64,000 nt of DNA from Prochlorococcus sp. AG-355-B18. GTDB taxonomy: Bacteria > Cyanobacteriota > Cyanobacteriia > PCC-6307 > Cyanobiaceae. Position numbers and translations under genes: made by a program. Under the pieces are notes generated by a model, which was not told where the DNA came from, ran no database searches, and worked only from the letters and a program-made list of their open reading frames with translations. Numbering within the stretch: the first letter of the stretch is position 1; the number at the start of each line of letters is the position of its first letter. This document shows positions 54,652 to 64,000 of this stretch, piece after piece. Location: NCBI GenBank assembly GCA_003280965.1, contig QCDI01000002.1, positions 99,712 through 163,711 on the forward strand. The letters are read 5' to 3'.

Positions 54652-56928
54652 TTACAATTCAGTTGGATTAACATCAATTGTTAAAAAAACATTTTTTGGA
54701 ATAAGTTTCCATAATATTGATCTATCAGGTAAAGGTATCTTTGTTCCTTCAGGACCATGTATTAATATCTGCCATCTAAATTTTTTACCGACTTTAGCAA
54801 TTAAACTAGGAGCCGGGCCAATTAATTTCCAGTTCTGTTTCTCACAAAAATTGTGTAGATATTTCGCTAATTTTATTGCAATTGATTCAGTTAATTCATA
54901 ATTTTCACCTGATAATTTAAGAAGGCAAATCTTGCAAAAGGGAAATAAATTAGCATCTTTTCTCAATCTTGAGTTTTCAATTAAGAATCTCTCATAATTT
55001 CTTTTCTGAAGATACGAAATTACTGGGTGGTTAGGTTTATATGTTTGAAAAATTACTTTTCCTTTTTTTTGAGCCCTGCCTGCCCTGCCAGCTAATTGTA
55101 AAAACAATTGTAATGATTTTTCTTCTGCCGAAATATCTGGGCGATGAAGCAACCCATCTGCTGCAATAACTACTGAAAGAGTAATATTGGGAATGTCAAT
55201 CCCCTTTGCCAACATTTGAGTTCCTACAAGAATATCAGCATCACCTTTAGAAAACTTTGAAAGAATATCTCTATGACCATCCTTTACTGAAGTTGTATCT
55301 CGATCAAAGCGAAGCACTCTTAAGTCAGGGAATTCTTCATTTAAAAACTCTATTACCCTTTGTGTCCCTATTCCAAAAGGTTTAAAGGCAGTTGAATGAC
55401 AATCAGGGCAACGATTGATCAATCTCGATTTATGATCACACCAATGACAGCTTAACCATTTTTTTCCTTGTGAACCGAGATGCACTGATAAAGGAACATC
55501 ACAGTTGGGGCAATTTATTAAATATCCGCAATTTCTACAACTTAAAAACCCACTATGCCCCCTCCTAGGGATCAAAATTATTGCCTGCTCATTTTTTAAG
55601 CGTAGTTGAGGAAGCAATTGCAATAATTCATTGGAAAAAATTTTCATATTTCCCTTCTTGAACTCATTACGCATATCAATAATTCTTATTTCAGGAATCT
55701 CATTACTTGATATCCTTTGAATCATTCTTACCAATTTAAAATTCTTTTCAAAAATACACTTTTTCCAGGTCTTCATTGATGGGGTTGCACTCCCAAAAAT
55801 TAATTTTGCAGAATTCCTTTTTACTATTTGAATAGCAATCTCTCTTGCGTCATAACAAGGCATAGGACTATCCTGTTTGTATGAAACATCATGTTCTTCA
55901 TCCATTATTATCAATCCTAGATTTTTAATTGGAAGAAAAACTGCAGACCTTGTTCCTATTACTATTAAAGGTTCATTAGTATTAATAATTTTCTTCCAAA
56001 CTACAGTTCTATGAATGGAAGAACAGTTACTATGATATTCGTAAACAACATTTTTAAATCGTCGACAAAACCTATCGATAAGTTGAGGAATTAGTCCAAT
56101 TTCTGGGGCGAGTATCAAACAACTTTTTTTCTTAAGAAATTGATCTTCAACAATTCTCATATAAACTTCTGTTTTACCTGAACCTGTTTCGCCCCATAGA
56201 AGTAACGCCTCTCCTGGTTTCATTGTTTGAAATTCTTGAAATGCAATTTTTTGCTCATTTGTAAGATTTGGTTTTTTCGTTAAGTTATGATCATCTAAAA
56301 AGGAATTTAGTTTAGTATTCATATTTTTTTTTCTTTTAGATTTAACAAGGTATTTCTTACTGACCATTGAGTTAATAAGAGTGTAACCAAAACCAGACTT
56401 TATTAATTCACTTTGCCAATTACCTTTTTCAGGCAAAGTATTCATTAAAAAAAATTCTTTTTTAGTTAATCCATTTTTCTTAATATCAAATTCTTTTTTA
56501 GTTTCAATCCATATTTGATCTTTTAAACCTTGAGAAATATTCTTATATTTACCAATCCAGCCAGGAGGAAATGCAGTTTTAAACATTTTTAAATTACTTA
56601 CCATATAAACAGAGGCTAAGGACTCTATCCATTCTCTCCAAGAGTCCTCAAATATTTTTTTCTGCAAAATACTTTCAACAAACAAATATCTCATACTTTT
56701 TCCTCCAGAAATATTTGATTCATTTTTGTTAAATGTCGAAAAGTTTTTTTTGGAGATCACCAACCCATTTAATAATCTCCCTCTTAGTCTCACATTTACA
56801 ATATCCCCAACTTCTGCACCAAGATTATTTCCATCTAAATAGTAAAAGCTTTCATTACTACTACCTATATCAAGCAAAATTTCCAATTTGTAGGAGATTT
56901 TTAATAACTGATTACTTGCCGGCTTCAA
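54652..56928 (-). CDS. priA: Primosomal protein N' helicase
   Basis: GETGSGKT, DEEH, SATPS, four CxxC pairs, QLAGRAGR. Confidence 0.97.
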   Translation of the reverse strand: MKPASNQLLKISYKLEILLDIGSSNESFYYLDGNNLGAEVGDIVNVRLRGRLLNGLVISKKNFSTFNKNESNISGGKSMRYLFVESILQKKIFEDSWREWIESLASVYMVSNLKMFKTAFPPGWIGKYKNISQGLKDQIWIETKKEFDIKKNGLTKKEFFLMNTLPEKGNWQSELIKSGFGYTLINSMVSKKYLVKSKRKKNMNTKLNSFLDDHNLTKKPNLTNEQKIAFQEFQTMKPGEALLLWGETGSGKTEVYMRIVEDQFLKKKSCLILAPEIGLIPQLIDRFCRRFKNVVYEYHSNCSSIHRTVVWKKIINTNEPLIVIGTRSAVFLPIKNLGLIIMDEEHDVSYKQDSPMPCYDAREIAIQIVKRNSAKLIFGSATPSMKTWKKCIFEKNFKLVRMIQRISSNEIPEIRIIDMRNEFKKGNMKIFSNELLQLLPQLRLKNEQAIILIPRRGHSGFLSCRNCGYLINCPNCDVPLSVHLGSQGKKWLSCHWCDHKSRLINRCPDCHSTAFKPFGIGTQRVIEFLNEEFPDLRVLRFDRDTTSVKDGHRDILSKFSKGDADILVGTQMLAKGIDIPNITLSVVIAADGLLHRPDISAEEKSLQLFLQLAGRAGRAQKKGKVIFQTYKPNHPVISYLQKRNYERFLIENSRLRKDANLFPFCKICLLKLSGENYELTESIAIKLAKYLHNFCEKQNWKLIGPAPSLIAKVGKKFRWQILIHGPEGTKIPLPDRSILWKLIPKNVFLTIDVNPTEL

Positions 56929-56944
56929 AACTTTTTCTTAATAT
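56916..56944 (+). promoter_or_regulatory. Putative sigma70-type promoter firing toward rpoD, overlapping the priA start
   Basis: TTGCCG (56916-21) - 17 nt - TAATAT (56939-44); predicted TSS G56951. Confidence 0.55.
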
Positions 56945-56950
56945 TGGATT

Positions 56951-57080
56951 GTTGAACATTCCACAAAGTGTTTTTTGCACATTGTAAGTATCCTGCTCTT
57001 AAGGGAGACATGAAGCTTTGATCATTGACTGAAAATTCAAAAGTGATCTGCCTGTCTGAGAAATCCCAAGACTTTTTACT
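56951..57080 (+). ncRNA. Candidate structured sRNA or long rpoD leader beginning with motif copy 3
   Basis: Starts GTTGAACATTCCACA; hairpin 56963-56985; nested stems TCTT/AAGA, GGGA/TCCC, GACA/TGTC, GATCATT/AGTGATC (56997-57071); followed by a T-rich run. Confidence 0.5.
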
Positions 57081-57251
57081 TTAGGTAATCTATAGCACTA
57101 TTTAAATTTTTCAACAGTTTAAAAAACTTTTTTATTCAAATTCCTGAAAAAGTTCTTTTACAAAATTAACAGGGAAATTTACTACTAAATGTACAAATTA
57201 TCCCTAAATAAAATTTAATCTAGTTAAATTCACCGTAGAAAGGAGTCAATC

Positions 57252-58433
57252 ATGTGTCCAGTAGCAGCAGAATCAAAGAATTCCAAGCCCAGCTCAAAAA
57301 AAAAGATCAATAAAAAAATTAATACAAACTTAGACACAGTAGTCGAAGAAGATATTAAAAAAAATGGTCAAAGTTTTGAGACATCTCCTGATTTAAATGA
57401 AAGCAATATTGAAAATGTTAATGAATTTAATGATTCTGAAGAAGAAGATAAAGGGCTTGGGAATATAAAGCTTGGACCAAAAGGTATCTATACCGAAGAT
57501 TCAATAAGAGTTTATCTCCAAGAAATTGGAAGAATTAGGCTTTTGAGACCAGATGAAGAAATTGAACTTGCTAGAAAAATTGCTGACCTACTTCAATTAG
57601 AAGAACTGGCAACAAAATATGAGTCAGAAAAAGGACATTTCCCATCAGTTAGAGAATGGGCTGAGTTAATAGATATGCCTCTTTCCAAATTTAGAAGAAG
57701 ACTTCTTTTAGGTAGGAGAGCTAAAGAAAAAATGGTTCAATCAAATTTAAGATTAGTTGTTTCCATTGCTAAAAAATATATGAATAGAGGTTTATCATTT
57801 CAAGACTTAATCCAAGAAGGAAGTTTGGGTCTAATTAGGGCAGCGGAAAAATTTGATCATGAGAAAGGCTACAAGTTCTCTACATATGCAACTTGGTGGA
57901 TTCGCCAAGCGATTACAAGAGCAATTGCGGATCAAAGTAGAACTATTAGATTGCCAGTTCACTTATACGAGACAATATCCAGAATTAAAAAAACCACAAA
58001 AGTTCTTAGCCAAGAATTTGGCAGGAAGCCTAGTGAAGAAGAAATCGCTGAGAGTATGGAAATGACAATTGAAAAATTAAGATTTATAGCTAAAAGTGCT
58101 CAGCTTCCTATTTCTTTAGAAACTCCGATAGGGAAAGAAGAAGACTCAAGACTCGGAGACTTTATAGAGGCTGATATAGAAAATCCAGAGCAAGATGTTT
58201 CTAAAACTTTATTAAGAGAAGATTTGGAAGGAGTATTAGCCACTCTAAGTCCGAGGGAAAGAGATGTGCTCAGATTGAGATATGGAATTGATGACGGAAG
58301 AATGAAAACTCTTGAAGAAATTGGCCAAATTTTTGATGTAACAAGAGAAAGGATTAGACAAATAGAAGCAAAAGCTTTAAGAAAACTTAGACATCCAAAT
58401 CGAAATGGAGTTTTAAAAGAATATATAAAATAA
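57252..58433 (+). CDS. rpoD: Principal RNA polymerase sigma factor SigA
   Basis: [55 protein letters not shown]. Confidence 0.97.
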   Translation: MCPVAAESKNSKPSSKKKINKKINTNLDTVVEEDIKKNGQSFETSPDLNESNIENVNEFNDSEEEDKGLGNIKLGPKGIYTEDSIRVYLQEIGRIRLLRPDEEIELARKIADLLQLEELATKYESEKGHFPSVREWAELIDMPLSKFRRRLLLGRRAKEKMVQSNLRLVVSIAKKYMNRGLSFQDLIQEGSLGLIRAAEKFDHEKGYKFSTYATWWIRQAITRAIADQSRTIRLPVHLYETISRIKKTTKVLSQEFGRKPSEEEIAESMEMTIEKLRFIAKSAQLPISLETPIGKEEDSRLGDFIEADIENPEQDVSKTLLREDLEGVLATLSPRERDVLRLRYGIDDGRMKTLEEIGQIFDVTRERIRQIEAKALRKLRHPNRNGVLKEYIK

Positions 58434-58529
58434 AAAAAGTTAAGTATAATCTTCAGCTTTAGAAACTTGCAAAAGAATAGCTTAAAATAAATTCGACTTT
58501 ATTTTAATTCAAACTCAAAATAATATTTA

Positions 58530-59486
58530 ATGACTAATTTAAAGCTGAAAATAGCTAGTAGAAGAAGTAAGCTAGCAATGGTTCAAACTTTATGGGTTAA
58601 AGATCAACTAGAGAGGAATATTCCCAATTTAGAGGTATCTATAGAAGCCATGGCAACTCAGGGGGACAAAATCCTCGATGTAGCATTAGCAAAAATAGGC
58701 GACAAAGGATTATTTACAAAAGAACTTGAAGCACAAATGCTCGTAGGTCATGCAGATATAGCAGTACATTCACTGAAAGATTTACCAACCAATTTGCCTA
58801 ATGGCCTCAAATTAGGATGCATCACAAAGAGGGAAGATCCCGCAGATGCTTTAGTAGTAAACAAAAAAAATGACTGTTATAAATTGGAAACCTTACCTGA
58901 AGGTTCGATTGTAGGAACAAGCTCTCTAAGAAGACTTGCACAATTAAGAAATAAATACCCACATCTTGTTTTTAAAGATATCAGGGGAAATGTTATTACA
59001 AGAATGGAAAAATTAGATGCAGGAGAATTTGATTGTATAATTCTTGCGGCTGCTGGTTTAAAAAGATTAGGCTTTGAATCAAGAATTCACCAAATTATAC
59101 CTAGTGAAATTTCCCTTCATGCCGTCGGCCAAGGAGCTCTAGGCATTGAATGTAAATCTGACGATGACAAAGTTTTAGAAATTATAAATGTCTTAGAAGA
59201 TAAACCCACTAGTCAAAGATGTCTCGCAGAGAGGGCTTTTTTAAGAGACCTTGAAGGTGGATGCCAAGTTCCAATAGGAGTCAATAGTAATATTGATAAT
59301 GGACTGCTTTACCTTACTGGAATGGTAGCCTCTCTTGATGGAGAAAGGCTTATAAAAGATCAAGTTATTGGAAATATTAATGACCCTGAACTCGTAGGCA
59401 TAGAACTAGCAGAAAAACTAAAGCTCCAAGGTGCCGATAAAATACTAAGCGAAATATTTGAAGAATTTAGAGAAAACAAAAATTAG
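58530..59486 (+). CDS. hemC: Porphobilinogen deaminase
   Basis: [35 protein letters not shown]. Confidence 0.98.
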   Translation: MTNLKLKIASRRSKLAMVQTLWVKDQLERNIPNLEVSIEAMATQGDKILDVALAKIGDKGLFTKELEAQMLVGHADIAVHSLKDLPTNLPNGLKLGCITKREDPADALVVNKKNDCYKLETLPEGSIVGTSSLRRLAQLRNKYPHLVFKDIRGNVITRMEKLDAGEFDCIILAAAGLKRLGFESRIHQIIPSEISLHAVGQGALGIECKSDDDKVLEIINVLEDKPTSQRCLAERAFLRDLEGGCQVPIGVNSNIDNGLLYLTGMVASLDGERLIKDQVIGNINDPELVGIELAEKLKLQGADKILSEIFEEFRENKN

Positions 59487-60074
59487 TTAATTTACTAATT
59501 TAGGATCAATTTCTTTTTTGTATCTCTCTTCACAATCTTTAATCACTTTAATAGCTTCTTCTATCCCAAAAAAGCCATTAACATTACATGTTCCAGGTTT
59601 TTTTAAATCTTTGTAATGCTCCCAATAATACTTTGTTTCTTTTAACCAATGCTCTCCAAGGTCTTCATAACTTGAGATATGATCCATTCTTTTATCGTCT
59701 GCGAGAACCGCTATTACCTTATCATCAACCTCTCCACCATCATCAAATTTCATCACCCCAATAATCCTTGCCTCGACAATAGATCCAGGTATTAATGGCT
59801 CAGTTACACTTACAATTTCGACATCAAGTGGATCTCCATCTTCATCCCATGTCCTTGGTATACATCCATAAGCGAATGGATAAGAAAGTGAAGAATAACC
59901 TACCCTATCAAGTTTAAGGTGCCCCGTTTCTGTAATTAATTCATATTTATTTATGGTGTTAGAGTTCAATTCAACAATAGTGTTAATTATTGTATTCGAG
60001 CTATCAGTGAAAGCGTTTAGTATGTGCAATAAATTTGGAGTAACCCTGCTTGGGGGTTGATTAAGGTTTGCCAT
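59487..60074 (-). CDS. ppa: Family I soluble inorganic pyrophosphatase, intact active site
   Basis: NKYE, LDR, YPFAYG, DGDPLD, DDGGEVDDK, HYK all present. Confidence 0.94.
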   Translation of the reverse strand: MANLNQPPSRVTPNLLHILNAFTDSSNTIINTIVELNSNTINKYELITETGHLKLDRVGYSSLSYPFAYGCIPRTWDEDGDPLDVEIVSVTEPLIPGSIVEARIIGVMKFDDGGEVDDKVIAVLADDKRMDHISSYEDLGEHWLKETKYYWEHYKDLKKPGTCNVNGFFGIEEAIKVIKDCEERYKKEIDPKLVN

Positions 60075-60137
60075 CAAGAAATAATTTTTATTTATCTTAC
60101 AACCTCAAGCTCAATCAAATTCTTTAAAAGTAATCTT

Positions 60138-61643
60138 TCAGCAAAAATCTTTTATTTTAGACCTTAAATGATTAATAAAATAGTTTGGTGATAGTTCTTC
60201 GTCAGTGACCGTTCTTATCAATTCCATAGAATTAACTGATCTGCCATATTTATGGACATTATTTCTTAACCAAAAGATGATTTTTTGATATTCACCATTT
60301 TGGATTAAATCATCTATCAAACCAATGTCTCTTTCCATTTGCGAAGATATTTGCGCGCTTATAAGATGACCTAACAAATATGAAGGGAAATATCCAAAAG
60401 CCCCTTCACTCCAATGAACATCTTGAAGACAACCTTCTGAATCGTTAGATGGTTTTATTCCTAAGAGTTCATCATATCTTTTATTCCATTCCTCTGGGAT
60501 ATCCTCAGCAGGTAACCCACCCTCAATTAAATCTATTTCAAGTTCGGTTCTAATCAGTATGTGTAATCCATAGGTCAATTCATCTGCCTCAACCCTATTT
60601 AATCCTGCTTCCAAATGGTTAATAGATTTCCAGAGTTCAAAATAATTATTTAATGTACATCCAGCTGAAACAAATTTTTTAAAAAATCTTTTCGAAAAAG
60701 ATTTGGATTTAACTATTCTATTTTCCCAAAATAACGATTGACTTTCATGTATACCCATAGAAGTTGCTTGACCTAAAGGCCAAGCAAACCATTGATGACT
60801 TTGTGATGGCAGACCTTGCTCATAAATTGAATGCCCCCACTCATGAGCAGTTGCTAAAAAGCTTGATAATGGTTCACCTTCAACAATTCTTGTCGTAATT
60901 CTATAATCATTAGGCCCTAATGTAATCGAAAAAGGATGTGGAGATTTACCGACAACTACTAGATCTTTATCTCTCCCAAGCTCATCAAGTAATTTAGAAC
61001 ATAAATTCTGTTGAGATTCTGGACTTAAATCCCAGTGATATTTCTTTGAATTGTTAATTCCTCTAATCAACTCTGGGAGAGTGTCTTTCAAAGGCTGAAA
61101 AATTTTATTCAACCACTTTAAAGTTAATTCAGGCTCAAAGGGCTGGGCTAGTGTTTCCCATGGCGAATATTGATCTGATATCTGTTTTGCCTCTTCAATC
61201 CGTAATTTGACTAGTTCTTCAAAGAATGGGAGAAAAACTTTAAAATCTGATTTTTTCTTAGCTTCTTGCCAACTTTCATATCCTTTAGATTTTGCCTTTG
61301 CTAAAGACTCAACTAATTTAGGATCTAAATTTTTCGCTCTATTAAATTCCTTGATTAAAAGATTAATGTTTCTTTCTTTACCTTTAATGAAGAGTTGATT
61401 ATTGAAATTTTGTTCAGTATCTAATAATTCATTTTTTGCAGATTGTATTAAATTATAAAATTCTTCAGAAGAATTTCTCTTGTGCAAGATTTTTGCAATG
61501 TAGGTAAGTTGTTCAGACCTCCAAGAAGCTCCTTTCTTTGGCATCCCAGTATTCTGATCCCAGTAAAGTGTATTTTGGATTGAACCTAATATTTGAGTTT
61601 CTTTAAGATAAGCCCCGAGCTTATTCCATTGAATTTCGGTCAA
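60138..61643 (-). CDS. M32 carboxypeptidase (Taq-type)
   Basis: HPF, DYRITTR, HEWGH, HESQ, RVEADE, QDVHW, YFPSY. Confidence 0.96.
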   Translation of the reverse strand: MTEIQWNKLGAYLKETQILGSIQNTLYWDQNTGMPKKGASWRSEQLTYIAKILHKRNSSEEFYNLIQSAKNELLDTEQNFNNQLFIKGKERNINLLIKEFNRAKNLDPKLVESLAKAKSKGYESWQEAKKKSDFKVFLPFFEELVKLRIEEAKQISDQYSPWETLAQPFEPELTLKWLNKIFQPLKDTLPELIRGINNSKKYHWDLSPESQQNLCSKLLDELGRDKDLVVVGKSPHPFSITLGPNDYRITTRIVEGEPLSSFLATAHEWGHSIYEQGLPSQSHQWFAWPLGQATSMGIHESQSLFWENRIVKSKSFSKRFFKKFVSAGCTLNNYFELWKSINHLEAGLNRVEADELTYGLHILIRTELEIDLIEGGLPAEDIPEEWNKRYDELLGIKPSNDSEGCLQDVHWSEGAFGYFPSYLLGHLISAQISSQMERDIGLIDDLIQNGEYQKIIFWLRNNVHKYGRSVNSMELIRTVTDEELSPNYFINHLRSKIKDFC

Positions 61644-61749
61644 AATTTACTAATAAATTAAATTCATTTTAAGATAAAAATTTTGATGTTTGCACATAAC
61701 ATACATTCTTTATCCATTATAGAATATTAATTAATTGAGTTTTATTTAT

Positions 61750-62235
61750 ATGGAACAAATATTTTCAAAAATAGAATTTACAACTAATGGTGAGGGGTTT
61801 ATTGATATTACAAATGATTTAAATTTATTTATTGAAAAAAACAATTTTGATTCAGGAATTTTAAATTTAACTTCACTGCATACAAGTTGCAGCTTAACTA
61901 TTAATGAAAATGCTGATCCAAACGTACTAAGAGACTTAAAAAAATATATGCAATCTATAGTCCCATATAATTCCTACTTAACTTTATCAAAAAAAAGAGA
62001 AGAAATTTCTTATAAACACTATCAAGAAGGGGCTGATGATATGCCAGCACATATCAAAACATCATTAACAAACACGAGTTTATCTTTGAGTTTTCAAGAC
62101 AGCAATATTATGCTTGGTACATGGCAAGCAGTATATTTGTGGGAACATAGATTTGATAAAAAAGAAAGGGTTTTAAATTTACATATAATGGGTGAGAAAA
62201 GGAAAAATATTTATAATGTAATTAATAAAAACTAA
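61750..62235 (+). CDS. yjbQ: YjbQ (UPF0047) family protein
   Basis: HTSCSL.INENADP, DMPAHIK, LGTWQ...E; ATG 61750 preferred. Confidence 0.92.
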   Translation: MEQIFSKIEFTTNGEGFIDITNDLNLFIEKNNFDSGILNLTSLHTSCSLTINENADPNVLRDLKKYMQSIVPYNSYLTLSKKREEISYKHYQEGADDMPAHIKTSLTNTSLSLSFQDSNIMLGTWQAVYLWEHRFDKKERVLNLHIMGEKRKNIYNVINKN

Positions 62236-62245
62236 TATTTATTAA

Positions 62246-62536
62246 ATGGAACCTTACCTTTTGCAAAATGAAGAATTGAAGGAATTAGTTTTCAAAATAC
62301 CCGGCTGGGAAATTAACAATAAACAAATCCAGAGAGAATTTAAATTTTTAAATTTTGTTGAAGCCTTCTCATTTATGACTAAAATTGCCTTAATTTGCGA
62401 AAAATATAACCATCATCCAAACTGGGAAAACGTTTATTCAAAAGTAATAATTAGGTTAAGTACCCATGATTTGAGGGGCATAACAAATCTGGATCAAACA
62501 TTAGCTTCAGAAATAAATAAAGTTTTCGATCAATAA
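62246..62536 (+). CDS. Pterin-4-alpha-carbinolamine dehydratase
   Basis: NHHPNW.NVY, THD..GIT.LD catalytic motifs. Confidence 0.93.
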   Translation: MEPYLLQNEELKELVFKIPGWEINNKQIQREFKFLNFVEAFSFMTKIALICEKYNHHPNWENVYSKVIIRLSTHDLRGITNLDQTLASEINKVFDQ

Positions 62537-62576
62537 ATTACAAATTTAAAATTATTAATTTAAAAAATTCGTCAAA

Positions 62577-63635
62577 ATGTCTAAAAAATTATTACCTGTT
62601 ACGATTATTAGTGGATTTTTAGGTTCTGGAAAAACTACGCTTTTAAATCATATTTTAAAAAATCAAATTGGTCTTAAAACAGCTGTTTTGGTTAATGAAT
62701 TTGGAGAGATAGGGATAGATAATGACTTAATAATAGAGGGCTCGGAAGATATGATTGAATTAAATAATGGCTGTATATGTTGCTCTATTAATGGTGAATT
62801 ATTAAATACAGTATCTAAAGTTTTAGAAAGATCTGAAAAAATAGACTATTTGATTGTCGAGACTACTGGACTAGCAGATCCATTACCAGTAGCAATGACT
62901 TTTGCAGCTGGAGATCTTCGAGAAAAAGTAAGATTAGATTCAATCATCACTGTTATTGATGGAGAAAATTTTGATTTTGAAATCAATAATACAAGTATCG
63001 CCTATTCTCAGATTTTATATGGAGATATCCTTCTACTAAATAAATGTGATTTAGTTAACGAAGAACAATTAAAGAAAGTCGAAAAATTTATAAATAAAAT
63101 AAAAAAAGAACCAAGGATATTGAGATCAACAAATAGTGAAGTTGGATTACAAACAATAATGAGTGTCGGGCTATTTGAAACAGATACTTTTAAATTCGAT
63201 AAGGATAAAGAAGATTTAGAAGACAATTCACACGATCATTCTTCTCATTCACACGATCATTCTTCTCATTCACACGATCATTCTTCTCATTCACACGATC
63301 ATTCTTCTCATTCACATGATCATTCTCATGATTTGATCAATAATATAGAGGGTTTTACATCAGTTTCTTATGAGACATTTGAACCATTTTCCTTAAGAAA
63401 GTTTCAATATTTCTTAGATAATCAAATCTCACAAAATGTGTTTAGAGCGAAAGGAATATTATGGTTTATGGAAAGTGAAAGAAAACATATTTTTCACCTA
63501 TCTGGAAAACGATTTTCTCTAGATGATGAAGAATGGACTAAAGAAAAATCTAACAAGATAGTATTAATTGGGAAAAACTTAGATCATCAAACTATTAAGA
63601 ATCAACTTTCATCATGTAGATTTAGTAAAGACTAG
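62577..63635 (+). CDS. COG0523/CobW-family G3E GTPase metallochaperone with His-rich insert
   Basis: GFLGSGKTT, NEFG, GCICC, ETTG, NKCD, RAKG; His tract. Confidence 0.95.
   Translation: MSKKLLPVTIISGFLGSGKTTLLNHILKNQIGLKTAVLVNEFGEIGIDNDLIIEGSEDMIELNNGCICCSINGELLNTVSKVLERSEKIDYLIVETTGLADPLPVAMTFAAGDLREKVRLDSIITVIDGENFDFEINNTSIAYSQILYGDILLLNKCDLVNEEQLKKVEKFINKIKKEPRILRSTNSEVGLQTIMSVGLFETDTFKFDKDKEDLEDNSHDHSSHSHDHSSHSHDHSSHSHDHSSHSHDHSHDLINNIEGFTSVSYETFEPFSLRKFQYFLDNQISQNVFRAKGILWFMESERKHIFHLSGKRFSLDDEEWTKEKSNKIVLIGKNLDHQTIKNQLSSCRFSKD
63228..63332 (+). repeat. 21-bp in-frame tandem repeat: 4 perfect copies plus 1 degenerate copy
   Basis: Unit TCACACGATCATTCTTCTCAT (SHDHSSH) at 63228, 63249, 63270, 63291; degenerate unit at 63312. 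Confidence 0.97.
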
Positions 63636-63664
63636 AGTATACATATTTAGGGTTTAATTAATTT

Positions 63665-64000
63665 TTGAAAATACTTATTAAAGGATTTAAAAACGCAGTA
63701 ACCGAATTAAAACTTTTTTATCTTGCTTCGTTCGTTGTTGCACTTTTAGTAATCATTCCAATTTCCAATTTTCTTCTTGAGGGATTTCGATATATTTTAA
63801 GTGGGAATTTTTCATTAGGTATTGCTGGAGGAAAAGAAGTATTAGGAACTTTAAAAGTTCTATTACTAACTAGTTTTTTTGGTGGAGGGTTAGGAACTTT
63901 AAATGGATGGTTACTTTCAAATTGTGATTTTGAGTACAGAAAAGTTCTGCGTATTTTACAGCTAATCCCACTAGCTGCCCCAGCATATCTAATAACAGCT
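63665..64000 (+). CDS. futB: Fe(III) ABC transporter permease, N-terminal part; runs off the window edge
   Basis: Manually translated open frame from TTG 63665: ...GTLNGWLLSNCDF..RK.LR..QLIPLAAPAY; start position uncertain. Confidence 0.82.
   Translation, partial: MKILIKGFKNAVTELKLFYLASFVVALLVIIPISNFLLEGFRYILSGNFSLGIAGGKEVLGTLKVLLLTSFFGGGLGTLNGWLLSNCDFEYRKVLRILQLIPLAAPAYLITA

Noticed and set aside
56733..56987. 84-aa plus-strand ORF overlapping the priA start
   Set aside because: Antisense to priA with no recognisable features; the region is better explained as promoter plus RNA
63228..63332. Short direct repeats as a possible CRISPR array
   Set aside because: Head-to-tail units with no spacers, in-frame inside a CDS, and no cas genes

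Overview
AT-rich, gene-dense core-genome segment of a marine picocyanobacterium. Gene content and order fit a streamlined high-light Prochlorococcus (inference). It holds the complete alpha-carboxysome locus (csoS1D, ham1-like, csoS1, rbcL, rbcS, csoS2, csoSCA, csoS4A/B, acRAF), chlNBL plus a POR-like gene, psaM, the alkane cluster (ado-aar-accA), ilvB, hemH, an orphan XisA/XisC-like tyrosine recombinase, cobO, pyrH-frr, tal, ftsI, proS, psb27, purA, argB, priA, rpoD, hemC, two soluble pyrophosphatases, a His-rich COG0523 GTPase and the start of futB. I saw no rRNA, tRNA, CRISPR array or IS element. The most notable unexplained signal is a 14-nt word (TGTGGAATGTTCAA / TTGAACATTCCACA) found three times, always intergenic. 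One copy lies in the loop of a predicted structured RNA at 10130-10188. The complementary sequence lies at the predicted 5' ends of the carboxysome operon mRNA and of a structured transcript upstream of rpoD. This suggests a candidate RNA-RNA regulatory circuit. Other observations include a probable ATT start codon for pgeF/yfiH, several proteins with altered catalytic motifs (ppa paralog, Ham1 paralog, M50 protease) and an intra-operon terminator after rbcS.
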